Assembly: GCA_938083505.1 (NCBI GenBank)
Contig: CALKCF010000002.1
Coordinates: 32,001 to 96,000 of the forward strand
Source: an uncultured archaeon
GTDB lineage: Archaea > Thermoproteota > Nitrososphaeria_A > Caldarchaeales > Wolframiiraptoraceae
Direction: 5' to 3'
Length of the DNA stretch: 64,000 nt
Made by a program: the position numbers and the translations under genes
Shown here: positions 1 to 8,657 of the stretch, in pieces
Position numbering within the stretch: position 1 is the stretch's first letter
How the letters are laid out: the number at the start of each line of letters is the position of its first letter
Notes under the pieces: model-generated
What the model was told of the DNA's origin: nothing
Database searches by the model: none
What the model saw: only the letters and a program-made list of their open reading frames with translations

Positions 1-2
1 TT

Positions 3-80
3 AGGCCTGAAGTTGTGATCATTTTTGCTGCTGCAATGATTGTCATGGTTCTGGTCGTTGCCAGGATCTGGCCGTTTTAG
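3..80 (+). CDS. secG: Preprotein translocase subunit Sec61beta/SecG, C-terminal part (runs off window start)
   Basis: Frame 3 reads RPEVVIIFAAAMIVMVLVVARIWPF-stop. The P-x-x-V motif followed by one C-terminal TM helix is typical of archaeal Sec61beta. Not in the ORF track. Confidence 0.65.
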   Translation, partial: RPEVVIIFAAAMIVMVLVVARIWPF

Positions 81-355
81 GTCTCGTCTATAGCCTGCTG
101 ACCTAAACCTGTTAGTGTCCAGAGGTTTTTGCCCTTATCTTTCAGTGTTTTGATTATACCTTCTGTGCCCATATTCTTGAGGTGTCTCCTTACAGCCGAC
201 GGTGTTAGGCCGATCTCCTCCGCGATCTGTATCGTTGACATAACATTACGCTCCTTAAGCATCTCGATTATCGCGCTTCGCACTTTAATTCCCCTTGACG
301 TGTTCTTTATTCTGCTCAAGAAAGCCCTTGGATTTACTTCCCGATGGGGTGGCAT
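77..355 (-). CDS. Winged-helix (ArsR/HTH_11-like) transcriptional regulator
   Basis: 92 aa with HTH segment STIQIAEEIGLTPSAVRRHLKNM and wing WTLTGLGQ. Confidence 0.8.
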   Translation of the reverse strand: MPPHREVNPRAFLSRIKNTSRGIKVRSAIIEMLKERNVMSTIQIAEEIGLTPSAVRRHLKNMGTEGIIKTLKDKGKNLWTLTGLGQQAIDET

Positions 356-407
356 GTCTCAAAAATCATTAAATATGGTGCGATTAATTCTTTTAATAAG
401 ATTTTGT

Positions 408-576
408 TTAATAAATTTCATCAACTTTAATAGGTTGCTTTAAAACCCATAAATGACCGCAACGTGGGGCACCACATGTCCCATACTTTTTCAACATTAC
501 AGTCTCTCGGTTTAAAGGGGATTACAAGTTCATAGCCGCATCTCGGACACTTAATATCCTTTTTATTTCCACACAT
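408..576 (-). pseudogene. Small CPxCG zinc-finger microprotein with a 1-nt frameshift
   Basis: ATG at 576 gives MCGNKKDIKCPRCGYELVIPF...MWCP. Removing one C of the CCCC run (466-469) continues RCGHLWVLKQPIKVDEIY-stop and restores a second CPRCG. Confidence 0.6.
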
Positions 577-1684
577 CTTTTCTGCTAACCCTCAAAACAG
601 GCGGTATTAAGGCGGCCCTTATAGCATGGTCTGCCAGTACGATTGCAACGACTGCCTCCACAACAGGTACGGCTCTAGGAACGATCGTCGGGTCATGTTT
701 ACCCTTTACCTCGATCTCGACCTCTTTCATGCTGCTAAGGTCCACAGTCATCTGTTTCTTAGTTATCGAAGGTGTTGGCTTGAAAGCAACCCTAACGATC
801 AGCGGCATGCCCGTAGATATTCCGCCGAGTATACCACCTGCGTTGTTCGTGACCGTTACGACTTTTCCGTTTACTATCGTGTAAGGATCGTTGTTCTGTG
901 AGCCCAGCAACCTAGCTGCGGCAAACCCTGCGCCGAATTCTACACCCTTAACCGCCGGTATTGCAAAGAGCGCTCTGCTTAGGTCAGAATCCAGCGATGA
1001 GAATATAGGTTCACCAAGACCAACAGGTAGCCCGAGTACCTGGCATTCGACTATGCCGCCGAGGCTGTCGCCCTTCTCTCTAACCTCATTTATTCTCCTG
1101 ATCATCTCGTTAGCTACTACCTCGTCTGGACATCTGACCTCGTTACTGTACCTCTTGCTCCTAATATCATGCAAGGTGAAGTTTTTAGCCCTTATACCGC
1201 CTATTTCCAGAGCGTAGGCCATAATCTCGATTCCCAACGTCTTTGAGAGCAATTTCTTGGCGATAGCTCCTGCCATCACTAGGCTAGCAGTAACCCTACC
1301 AGAGAACCTCCCACTACCTCGCCAATCTGCGAACCCACCATATTTCACATGAGCGACGTAATCTGCATGTCCTGGTCTAGGCCTATTAACAAAAACCCTA
1401 TAATGCTCTGAGTTTACGTCCTTATTCCACACGAGCATGCAGATGGGCGAGCCTGTCGTCCTACCTTCGAACACGCCCGACAGTATCTCAACTTTGTCCT
1501 CTTCTGCTCTAGTTGATGTAACGCTGAGCACGCCCGGCTTCCTCAAGTCTAGTTCTCTTTGAATGTCAGCTTCTGAAAGCTCCAAACCTGCCGGACAACC
1601 ATCAACAACCGCTCCGACACACTTTCCGTGACTCTCGCCGAAACTTACGACAACAAACCTCTCGCCTAAGATATTCCCCGTCAA
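563..1684 (-). CDS. aroC: Chorismate synthase
   Basis: FGESHG, RPRPGHAD, GRFSGR, FKPTPSI and GKHDP motifs. Confidence 0.97.
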   Translation of the reverse strand: MTGNILGERFVVVSFGESHGKCVGAVVDGCPAGLELSEADIQRELDLRKPGVLSVTSTRAEEDKVEILSGVFEGRTTGSPICMLVWNKDVNSEHYRVFVNRPRPGHADYVAHVKYGGFADWRGSGRFSGRVTASLVMAGAIAKKLLSKTLGIEIMAYALEIGGIRAKNFTLHDIRSKRYSNEVRCPDEVVANEMIRRINEVREKGDSLGGIVECQVLGLPVGLGEPIFSSLDSDLSRALFAIPAVKGVEFGAGFAAARLLGSQNNDPYTIVNGKVVTVTNNAGGILGGISTGMPLIVRVAFKPTPSITKKQMTVDLSSMKEVEIEVKGKHDPTIVPRAVPVVEAVVAIVLADHAIRAALIPPVLRVSRKDVWK

Positions 1685-1739
1685 ACCCAGGTGTTAGTTT
1701 ACGCTCTGGATTTAAAGCTTATTATGTATGTTTGCGGAC

Positions 1740-2195
1740 TTACCAGACTGGGACTTCGTATCTGAACATTATTCTTTCTCCGCCTCTTAGCTTATAACTT
1801 CCGGCACCGACTGTTGCATACTCCCATTCTGCCTTTTCCTCGTTCCAGATGTACCACATCCAGTACTTGCCCATTTCTGGGTCGTTCCTTATTCCATCGA
1901 TGGATTCTATGAATTCTCCTAAACCACTAAAGTATTTTGTCTCCACAACAGCCATCCTCCTCAAGGCCTCGAGGGCTGATGCTCCCTTTGTCAACCAGAT
2001 AACTTCCGTTTTAGTCGCATTTCCATTATCTATGGTAACCTCGATTTTGAGCAACAGCCCCCTAAGCTCGTTTATGTTCTCCGCCTGTTCGGCTAACTGC
2101 ATCTGCAGAGCGTAAACCTGGTAGCCCACGTACACTAACGCAAGGCTCAACATTATGAATGCGATTATGATTGCTTGAGATTCTTTACTAACCAA
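1740..2195 (-). CDS. Membrane-anchored DUF4430 (transcobalamin-like C-terminal beta domain) protein
   Basis: N-terminal TM helix and coiled coil, then G-F-I-x-S-I-D-G...YWMWY...VGAGSYKL, the DUF4430 signature. Confidence 0.75.
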   Translation of the reverse strand: MVSKESQAIIIAFIMLSLALVYVGYQVYALQMQLAEQAENINELRGLLLKIEVTIDNGNATKTEVIWLTKGASALEALRRMAVVETKYFSGLGEFIESIDGIRNDPEMGKYWMWYIWNEEKAEWEYATVGAGSYKLRGGERIMFRYEVPVW

Positions 2196-2201
2196 AGAGG
2201 C

Positions 2202-2873
2202 TCACCTCCAGCTCTCGCCTGAGGCGACCCTTATACTGGATCGGGCTACAACGGCTACTGGAACCTTAACCTTCACCATAAGCTTGGCGAGCGCGACGAG
2301 TGGCGGGATAAACACTAACGACGTAAGGTGATAGAGGGTAAATGGTATTTGGCCGATGAAAGATAACCAGAAGGATCCAATCCATAGTCCGCAACCTATT
2401 ACACCAGTCCAAAAATCGAAAAGCAAGATGGCAATCGCTGTCGTGAGGAGCGTGCTACCGAGTAACCTCTTGTACCTATCGAACATCGAAAGTTTGCTCC
2501 GCATGCCAAGTAACCATGCAAAAACGAAACCGGACCACTTAAAGAGCCATACGTGCCAAAGTCCGGGACCGAAAAAGATTAAGTCAAAGACTATTACGCT
2601 GGCAAGTGCTAAAACGCCAAAATACCTGTTGAACATCCTCCAAAACTTGCTTCCTCCTAATGGAAGCGAGAAAGATCCGACAGTCACGAGTGTCGGTATG
2701 ACCCATTCTAGGTTTGGCAACAGCTCTATTCCGGCAATGGCCCTGTATGCCCAGAACAGAGCCGAAAAAAGGGTCCCTAGCAGGACGAACAGCCCAAATC
2801 TTCTCGATAAGATCTCATCGAGTGTTTTTCCATACCATATTTTGTTTGATAACTGGACAAACACACTTAACAT
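2202..2873 (-). CDS. Integral membrane protein, probable ECF S-component (BtuM/CbrT-like vitamin transporter)
   Basis: About 6 TM helices, PN(L)E motif near the N-terminus, FDFWTG and QIPFTLYHL resembling BtuM-type S-components. Adjacent to and co-oriented with the DUF4430 gene. Confidence 0.55.
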   Translation of the reverse strand: MLSVFVQLSNKIWYGKTLDEILSRRFGLFVLLGTLFSALFWAYRAIAGIELLPNLEWVIPTLVTVGSFSLPLGGSKFWRMFNRYFGVLALASVIVFDLIFFGPGLWHVWLFKWSGFVFAWLLGMRSKLSMFDRYKRLLGSTLLTTAIAILLFDFWTGVIGCGLWIGSFWLSFIGQIPFTLYHLTSLVFIPPLVALAKLMVKVKVPVAVVARSSIRVASGESWR

Positions 2874-2951
2874 GGCTGGATGGATATACCATCCAATATT
2901 TAAGAGTTATGTGTTAAAAAGGTCATGCATGCATAATACAAGGCACATAGA

Positions 2952-3872
2952 TTAGGCCGGCATGAAAACAGGACTGGAATCCGTTATCGGTCTGGCGGCC
3001 TCAAGAACCCGAGCTAAATAGGGCGGTATCGTAAAGATTCTCTGGTGAATGTCAGGAGAGTAAAATTCAAGATGCTCGACCCCTCTTTCTTTCAACCTAC
3101 GCTCAACCTCTTCTGGAGTAAGGCTAAGGGGGTCGGCTGCCTTTGAGCCTAGGACAAAACCCCACTCTGATGCATACGACGGTACGAAGGCATGGTATGC
3201 CCTAGCAACTGGAAACGTACACGCGACGGTCTTGTAAATGGCCGCGAAACAATTCCTGCTGTAGTAAGTGGACGTAGCTTGGGTCACGAACACGCCATCA
3301 TTGTTCAGCTTTCTCGCCAATATCCGGTAAAATTCTGTAGTGTATAGAAGGTAGGAAGGTCCACCTTCCAAGGGGTCCGTCACGTCGATTATCGCCACGT
3401 CAAACGAGTTATCCGGAAGCCGTTCGACGTATCTTCTTCCGTCCTCGATTACTATCTCAGCCCTTGGATCGTCAAAGGAGTTCATATGGAATTCCGGCAG
3501 ATACTTCTTACATAGCTGGACCACTTCCTCATCTAAGTCGACCATCACGGCTTTCTCAACCGTCCTGTGTTTCAAGACTTCCCTAAGCGTCGCTCCCTCG
3601 CCGCCACCTATTATCAAGACCCTTGAAGGTTTTAGATGCGTGAGCATAACAGGGTGTACCAAAGATTCGTGGTAAATCTTTTCATCCGCACTTGACGACT
3701 GCACCTTGCCGTCAAGAACCAAGCATAAACCAAAGTCATAGGTTTCTACTATATCGACCTCCTGATACTTCGTCCTACCGCTATAGATGACACGCTTGAT
3801 TATGTGGAGTACTGCCGAGGTTGGTGTCTGCCATTCTAGCAAAAGTCTCCAATTTACTCCTCCTTCTGCCAA
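2952..3872 (-). CDS. speE: Spermidine synthase / polyamine aminopropyltransferase
   Basis: LDGKVQS, YHESLVHP, VLIIGGGEGATLREVLKH and DVTDP motifs. Confidence 0.96.
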   Translation of the reverse strand: MAEGGVNWRLLLEWQTPTSAVLHIIKRVIYSGRTKYQEVDIVETYDFGLCLVLDGKVQSSSADEKIYHESLVHPVMLTHLKPSRVLIIGGGEGATLREVLKHRTVEKAVMVDLDEEVVQLCKKYLPEFHMNSFDDPRAEIVIEDGRRYVERLPDNSFDVAIIDVTDPLEGGPSYLLYTTEFYRILARKLNNDGVFVTQATSTYYSRNCFAAIYKTVACTFPVARAYHAFVPSYASEWGFVLGSKAADPLSLTPEEVERRLKERGVEHLEFYSPDIHQRIFTIPPYLARVLEAARPITDSSPVFMPA

Positions 3873-4234
3873 ACCTCCTCGACCTCTATGAATCCACGCT
3901 TAAGCTCCTTGACATATGCACGTTTTGGTCTGATGTTCTTGCAGATGACCTCATATGCCTTCCAAGGGTCTACACGCTCCCCACATGTGAAAAGGTCAAC
4001 GGCAGCGTAACCATATTCTGGCCATGTGTGTATTGAGAGATGAGACTCCGCAATCGCTAAGATACCGGTAACACCACCGCCCTGTGGAAACTTTTTAAAA
4101 AATTCTCCGAGAACTTTAGCCCCCGAGGCTTCCGCAGCCTCGAGTAAGGTCGTCCTCAGAGCTTCTAGGTTTCTGAGGATCGAAACATCACATCCATACA
4201 GTTCTGCTATTAGATGCCGTCCCAACCCCTTCAC
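3854..4234 (-). CDS. speD: S-adenosylmethionine decarboxylase proenzyme (class 1B)
   Basis: ESHLSIHTWPE autocleavage motif and DLFTCG. Start placed at GTG 4234 behind a GGAGGTG RBS. The archaeal arginine decarboxylase paralog cannot be fully excluded, but speE linkage favours SAMDC. Confidence 0.88.
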   Translation of the reverse strand: MKGLGRHLIAELYGCDVSILRNLEALRTTLLEAAEASGAKVLGEFFKKFPQGGGVTGILAIAESHLSIHTWPEYGYAAVDLFTCGERVDPWKAYEVICKNIRPKRAYVKELKRGFIEVEEVWQKEE

Positions 4235-4334
4235 CCAAATCACCTCCCTCAAAGTGAAGGAGTGGTCCGTCCCACCCCCTTTTATGATGAATTGTTTTTA
4301 GTTTGTTTGAATGTTGAAGTTGGCTACTTTTAAA
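4232..4334 (-). promoter_or_regulatory. speD promoter and structured 5' leader with an anti-RBS segment
   Basis: TTTAAAA box near 4328-4334. Leader segment CCACUCCUUCAC (4254-4265) is complementary both to upstream GGGGGUGG (4272-4279) and to the RBS/start region. Confidence 0.4.
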
Positions 4335-4429
4335 CCCTTCGGCATTTTATTTCTCATCAACTCAATTAAATTTTAATTTAAGACACAAATTAACGAATGA
4401 GTTGAACGGATTCAAAATTCTAATTAGTA

Positions 4430-5582
4430 ATGAGCTCGAAGAGCATTTTTTTGCTTTTACTTGCAACCCTTGTCGTGTTTCTCATTGGTTTCTGGCTTCA
4501 CATACCTTATGGCGGTGGCTATGTGTACAGCGACATAGTCTCAGTATACCAAGTCAGGCTGGAGGGGTTTCCACCAAAAGCTCCATATGTTGAGGTCTTC
4601 TTTGAGTACCCGGTAATAATCGCTACTTTAGCCTACGCTTCCGGCTTGATGGCAAGCTTGTTCACCAAGGAACACTATACCGCCCTTACCATTTACTATA
4701 CAATCACCTCAATAATCTTGTTCCTTGCAACGTTCTTAACAGTCTTGGAGGTTAGAAAATTATGCAGAAAGAAGGATTTATGCGTACTTTATAATCACGC
4801 CGAGTATGCTTTTCATGAACCTCCTTAACTGGTATATCGTAGGCGTTTACTTCATGGTAAGAGCTATTAGACTATTCCTCAAAGACAAGGCCGCATCTTC
4901 TGCTATCTTCTTCGGGATTTCGGCCGCATCGAACCTGATAACAGCGATTCCATCGGTTGCTATGTTAATAACGCATGGTGATTTTAGAAGAAGAATGCAA
5001 TTCCTCATCCTAGGCCTCGCAACCTATTTCATCGTAAACCTTCCAGCGCTCGTCCTGAATCCTAGCAACTGGTTAAGGTTTTGGGAATACCATGCTTCGT
5101 GGTACGTAGAGTGCAACTGGCAGATACTGTTGTTTAATATGTTTGACCCGAATGCGAGAATATTCTCGGCAAGATTAATGCCCATGTTATTCATCCTACT
5201 ACTGGCTGTAGTTTACAAAACCCAGCTTCCAAAACACAGTAAAATTTTGTTGGCATCTTGGTTAGCTATGGCCTGGTTCCTGTTTGCCAACTACGTCTAC
5301 GCACCCCAGATGAACATAACGCTCCTACCCTTCTTTACACTTCTAGCCGTGGCACCGTATCAACTCTTCATACTCTTTGATGTTTTGAACTCTGCGATAA
5401 TCGTGGCAGGGTTTTCGAGATTCTTGCAGAACGTATTGGGTATAAAATACGAGCTCAAGTCGTGGGGCATAGATTCACCCATACAATGGATGGCCATCGC
5501 TAGGTCTTTTATCCTTCTGGGATTCATCCTTTATTCGCTATATATAATTTTAAGAAGATCACCTAGTAATCTCATAGCCTGA
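4430..5582 (+). pseudogene. GT-C fold membrane glycosyltransferase (GT87/DUF2029-like), split by a frameshift near 4765-4775
   Basis: N-part has YSDI and PY...EYPV motifs. The second frame is open from 4740 and reads RIYAYFIITPSMLFMNLLNW into multi-TM segments with VYAPQ. The two ORFs form one family-length protein. Confidence 0.7.
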
Positions 5583-6680
5583 GATTGTTTTGAAAAGCTC
5601 CTTAGCTTTCTTGTTGCTTTCGAAGTACGTCCTTATCGGCTCAAGTATCTTATCGAGAGCGTCAACAACTGCTCTTTTTAAGTCCAATGGGTGGATATTA
5701 CCAAGTTCGTAATCTTTCTTTAAGTCTTCAAAATTCTCGTATAAAACGTCTCCACCATACTTTTGTGGTCTTTCTATATACAGCTTCCCCATTTTCGGGA
5801 AGATTATGTACTTACAGTATTCTATTATAGGGTTTGATTTTGTGTTCTTCGGTGGACAGTAAGCTTTCATCACCTTTTCCTCCAAAACTTCCCTGCTGTC
5901 ATGCACGTATATGCTGGTCTCAGGTACACTCTTGCTCATCTTCGAGCTTATCTGCATATCTATTTCAGAATCGTCATCAAGTCCTTTCGCTCCCATAGGT
6001 CCTGTTAGTCCCATGAGCATATGATGGTGTACTGCTACAGGCTTTGGCCGTCCAAGCTTTGGAGCGATCTCTCTAGCCAACATATTGGCCCTCCTTTGAT
6101 CAAGACCGAGCTGACATATATCGACGCCAAGATAGAATATGTCAGCAACCTGCATTGCTGGATAGAAGAGTTGGGCAGCCTCCTGAAGCTCGCCCTCCTG
6201 TCTACCCATTATCGGGAGGCACCTAAGGAACCTCTTGAGCGTAGCCTCTTTCGCCACATTTATAACCAGCTTCCAGTATTCTCTATCGGCCGCGACGTCG
6301 TTAGCCCAAACGATCTCCACCTTGTTAACGTCTATACCAGAGGCCTTCCAAACCTCTATTAGGTATTCGCCGACCTTTCTTATCTTCTCCAAGTCACCAT
6401 CCATCTTCTTGTTTACCATTGCATGCCAGTCTGCAAGCAACAACTTGAACCTGCAACCAGCATCCAGCATGTCTTTCAGCTTTATTGCCCTGAGTACCGC
6501 AAACGGTATATGGGCAAAACCGCTTGGCTCGAATCCATCATAAGCGACTGGTTTATCGTTCGTTTCGAGGAGTTGTCTCAATTCCTGAAGCGTTATCACC
6601 TCTTCGGTCGGCGCTCTAGTTATCAACTCCATCCTTGTCTCGACGTCCAAATTGACCACGTCCCTTCTAAAACTACGCAC
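5559..6680 (-). CDS. tyrS: Tyrosyl-tRNA synthetase
   Basis: YDGFEPSG, ADWHA, YPAMQVADI, GLDQR, KMSKS and HPLDLK. Confidence 0.97.
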   Translation of the reverse strand: MRSFRRDVVNLDVETRMELITRAPTEEVITLQELRQLLETNDKPVAYDGFEPSGFAHIPFAVLRAIKLKDMLDAGCRFKLLLADWHAMVNKKMDGDLEKIRKVGEYLIEVWKASGIDVNKVEIVWANDVAADREYWKLVINVAKEATLKRFLRCLPIMGRQEGELQEAAQLFYPAMQVADIFYLGVDICQLGLDQRRANMLAREIAPKLGRPKPVAVHHHMLMGLTGPMGAKGLDDDSEIDMQISSKMSKSVPETSIYVHDSREVLEEKVMKAYCPPKNTKSNPIIEYCKYIIFPKMGKLYIERPQKYGGDVLYENFEDLKKDYELGNIHPLDLKRAVVDALDKILEPIRTYFESNKKAKELFKTISGYEITR

Positions 6681-6717
6681 CTACCTACATGAGTATTTAA
6701 AAAATACTGTAGCGGGT

Positions 6718-6795
6718 TTTGCCCCACCACGAACACCACACCCCATAGAGCAGGGCGGCAACCCTTTCTCGGTGCGGCTCAAGGCATGGTGGGGC
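6718..6795 (-). ncRNA. Candidate small structured RNA (H/ACA-guide-like hairpin)
   Basis: On the minus strand: 11-bp terminal stem GCCCCACCAUG/CGUGGUGGGGC, internal loop, 8-bp stem GCCGCACC/GGUGUGGU, then AAA. G-U wobbles form only on this strand. TATA-like TTTTAAGTA lies about 25 nt upstream. Confidence 0.5.
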
Positions 6796-6832
6796 AGTAG
6801 TAAAAATAGTTAGGACGTACTTAAAACTCTTA

Positions 6833-8506
6833 CTATAATTTACTAAACAGGCTACGAAGTTTCTGCAGCTCTATCTCGGCTGCGCTCACGGGCATCGTTA
6901 TGCCGAAATTTTCCAGGACTTCTGGGCTTATCTCACCCATTATCCCTACCTTAACATCGTTAACCTCTACCTCTGCGACTCTTCCCTCAATGAAACTTGC
7001 ATGCTCAACCTCTCTTAAACTCCATTCCCTTAAGCCGAGGCTTCTTAATAGTTCTTCCGTAATAGATTTAACTTCTGAGAACGACGTGTCAACATGGGAG
7101 CTTACGAACGCTAATTTAACCTCCCTCCTAACACCTTCATCGGAAGATTCATCAACTATCAGCACATCACCTATCTCAAAAAGCTTGTGTGGGTAAGGAT
7201 TTTGTTTGTTCATTTTCAAGTTATAGAGTAAGCTTGGAATGATCCACGTCCTAAGTATGTCGTACTCGGCCGAGACCGGATTAAGAATCTTCACAGGATT
7301 CTGCGGCTCGAGCTTCATCCAACGATAGTCCCTAGTGCTGTTGGAAAGTGTGAGGTTTACTACTTCTGTAAAACCAAGGCCAAACATTATTTCCTTACAT
7401 ACATCCTCAAAATTCGTGTCAAGATGGTATCTGCCGAAGCCCAACGTCTTAGGCATCACTGGTTGTAAGTTCTTATATCCAAGACCCACAGCTATCTCCT
7501 CAACTAGGTCAACCGGATGTAGGACGTCGAGTCGGTACGCAGGCACTTCGGCAAATATCGCGTCGCCCTTAATCCTCTTAACACCAATCCTTGACCTTCT
7601 TAATGCTCTTACGGCCTCCTTCATCGATATGTTTAGGCCAAGCAAACCGTTGGCGTAGCTTAGCTTAAGCTTCCATGTCTTCGTCATAAAGTTCGGCGTC
7701 TTTATTCTCATTCCATCGTAAATTATCTTTACCTGTCTGATCTTTCCGCCCATGTCCGCAAGCGCCGCCGTCAGTATGTTTAAAGCGCCGCTTACAGCTT
7801 CCAAGTCCGTACCGGTTACGTCTATGAAGAGTGTCTCCGTACCCTCCGTTAGCTCTGTCAACGCCGCGTTTATTATGGGCGGGAGCGAAAGCACTTCTCC
7901 GCATGAATCCATGATAACCGGAAACAAACCAGTTCCGGCCACTATATGGCCATACTTACGGCCGACCTCATGCTGCTCGACTATCTCCTGCGGCGTCATC
8001 CTCCTAAAGCTTTTGAGTGGTACGAAGCTTATTTCGTCCCCTCTTAAGGCCTTGTAGATTATCGGCGGTTTTATGGCGCCGGCGTTGTGCAAGCCTATGG
8101 CCACTTTCCTCCTATTTCTTCCCACGACCCAGTGCAGGTCTTCTTGCATAGCTATCAGCTCCTCAATATCTTCTGCCGATAGGGTGAGGCCCTCAACGTA
8201 GGCCGCTACGATCCAAGGTCTAACTGTTTTAACGTTCTTATCGACCTTTAAGAACGTCTTGGGAGGGAGCGTACGGAACGTAGGAGCGCCGGTCTCTATA
8301 TCAAGAATGCCTTTAAGGGCCCTTGCAAGACCTGCAGGGCTTGAAAAGTCCGGTCTGTTGGGATTATATTCCACCTTAACGCAGTCTGTCCCTAACTCCT
8401 CGATGGCGACACCTATACTTGTTAGGGCATCAATTAACACGTCTTTGTCTAGTCTTTGGCGCAATAATTTGAATAGCCTTTCCAGCTTAAGGTTAAGTAT
8501 CGGCAT
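6833..8506 (-). CDS. pheT: Phenylalanyl-tRNA synthetase beta subunit
   Basis: NPNRPD, B3/4 domain QEDLH...RRKVAIGLH, RLDVLHPVDLVEE, LFEIGDV. Confidence 0.97.
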   Translation of the reverse strand: MPILNLKLERLFKLLRQRLDKDVLIDALTSIGVAIEELGTDCVKVEYNPNRPDFSSPAGLARALKGILDIETGAPTFRTLPPKTFLKVDKNVKTVRPWIVAAYVEGLTLSAEDIEELIAMQEDLHWVVGRNRRKVAIGLHNAGAIKPPIIYKALRGDEISFVPLKSFRRMTPQEIVEQHEVGRKYGHIVAGTGLFPVIMDSCGEVLSLPPIINAALTELTEGTETLFIDVTGTDLEAVSGALNILTAALADMGGKIRQVKIIYDGMRIKTPNFMTKTWKLKLSYANGLLGLNISMKEAVRALRRSRIGVKRIKGDAIFAEVPAYRLDVLHPVDLVEEIAVGLGYKNLQPVMPKTLGFGRYHLDTNFEDVCKEIMFGLGFTEVVNLTLSNSTRDYRWMKLEPQNPVKILNPVSAEYDILRTWIIPSLLYNLKMNKQNPYPHKLFEIGDVLIVDESSDEGVRREVKLAFVSSHVDTSFSEVKSITEELLRSLGLREWSLREVEHASFIEGRVAEVEVNDVKVGIMGEISPEVLENFGITMPVSAAEIELQKLRSLFSKL

Positions 8507-8657
8507 CTTATCGGCTCACCTAACTAAATTTACGGTACTACTGAGTTGCTATAGGTCAGTCCTTAAAAAATATTTTTAAATATTCTTAAAGAGCAAATGT
8601 TATCGCAGAATTAAGTACATATATCAAAAGACTTGAGAACAAACTCAAGGGATAAAG

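Noticed and set aside
6718-6795. T-box, SECIS or cobalamin riboswitch identity for the hairpin
   Set aside because: Lacks the T-box UGGNACC antiterminator and the B12 box, and no in-frame UGA selenoprotein is nearby.
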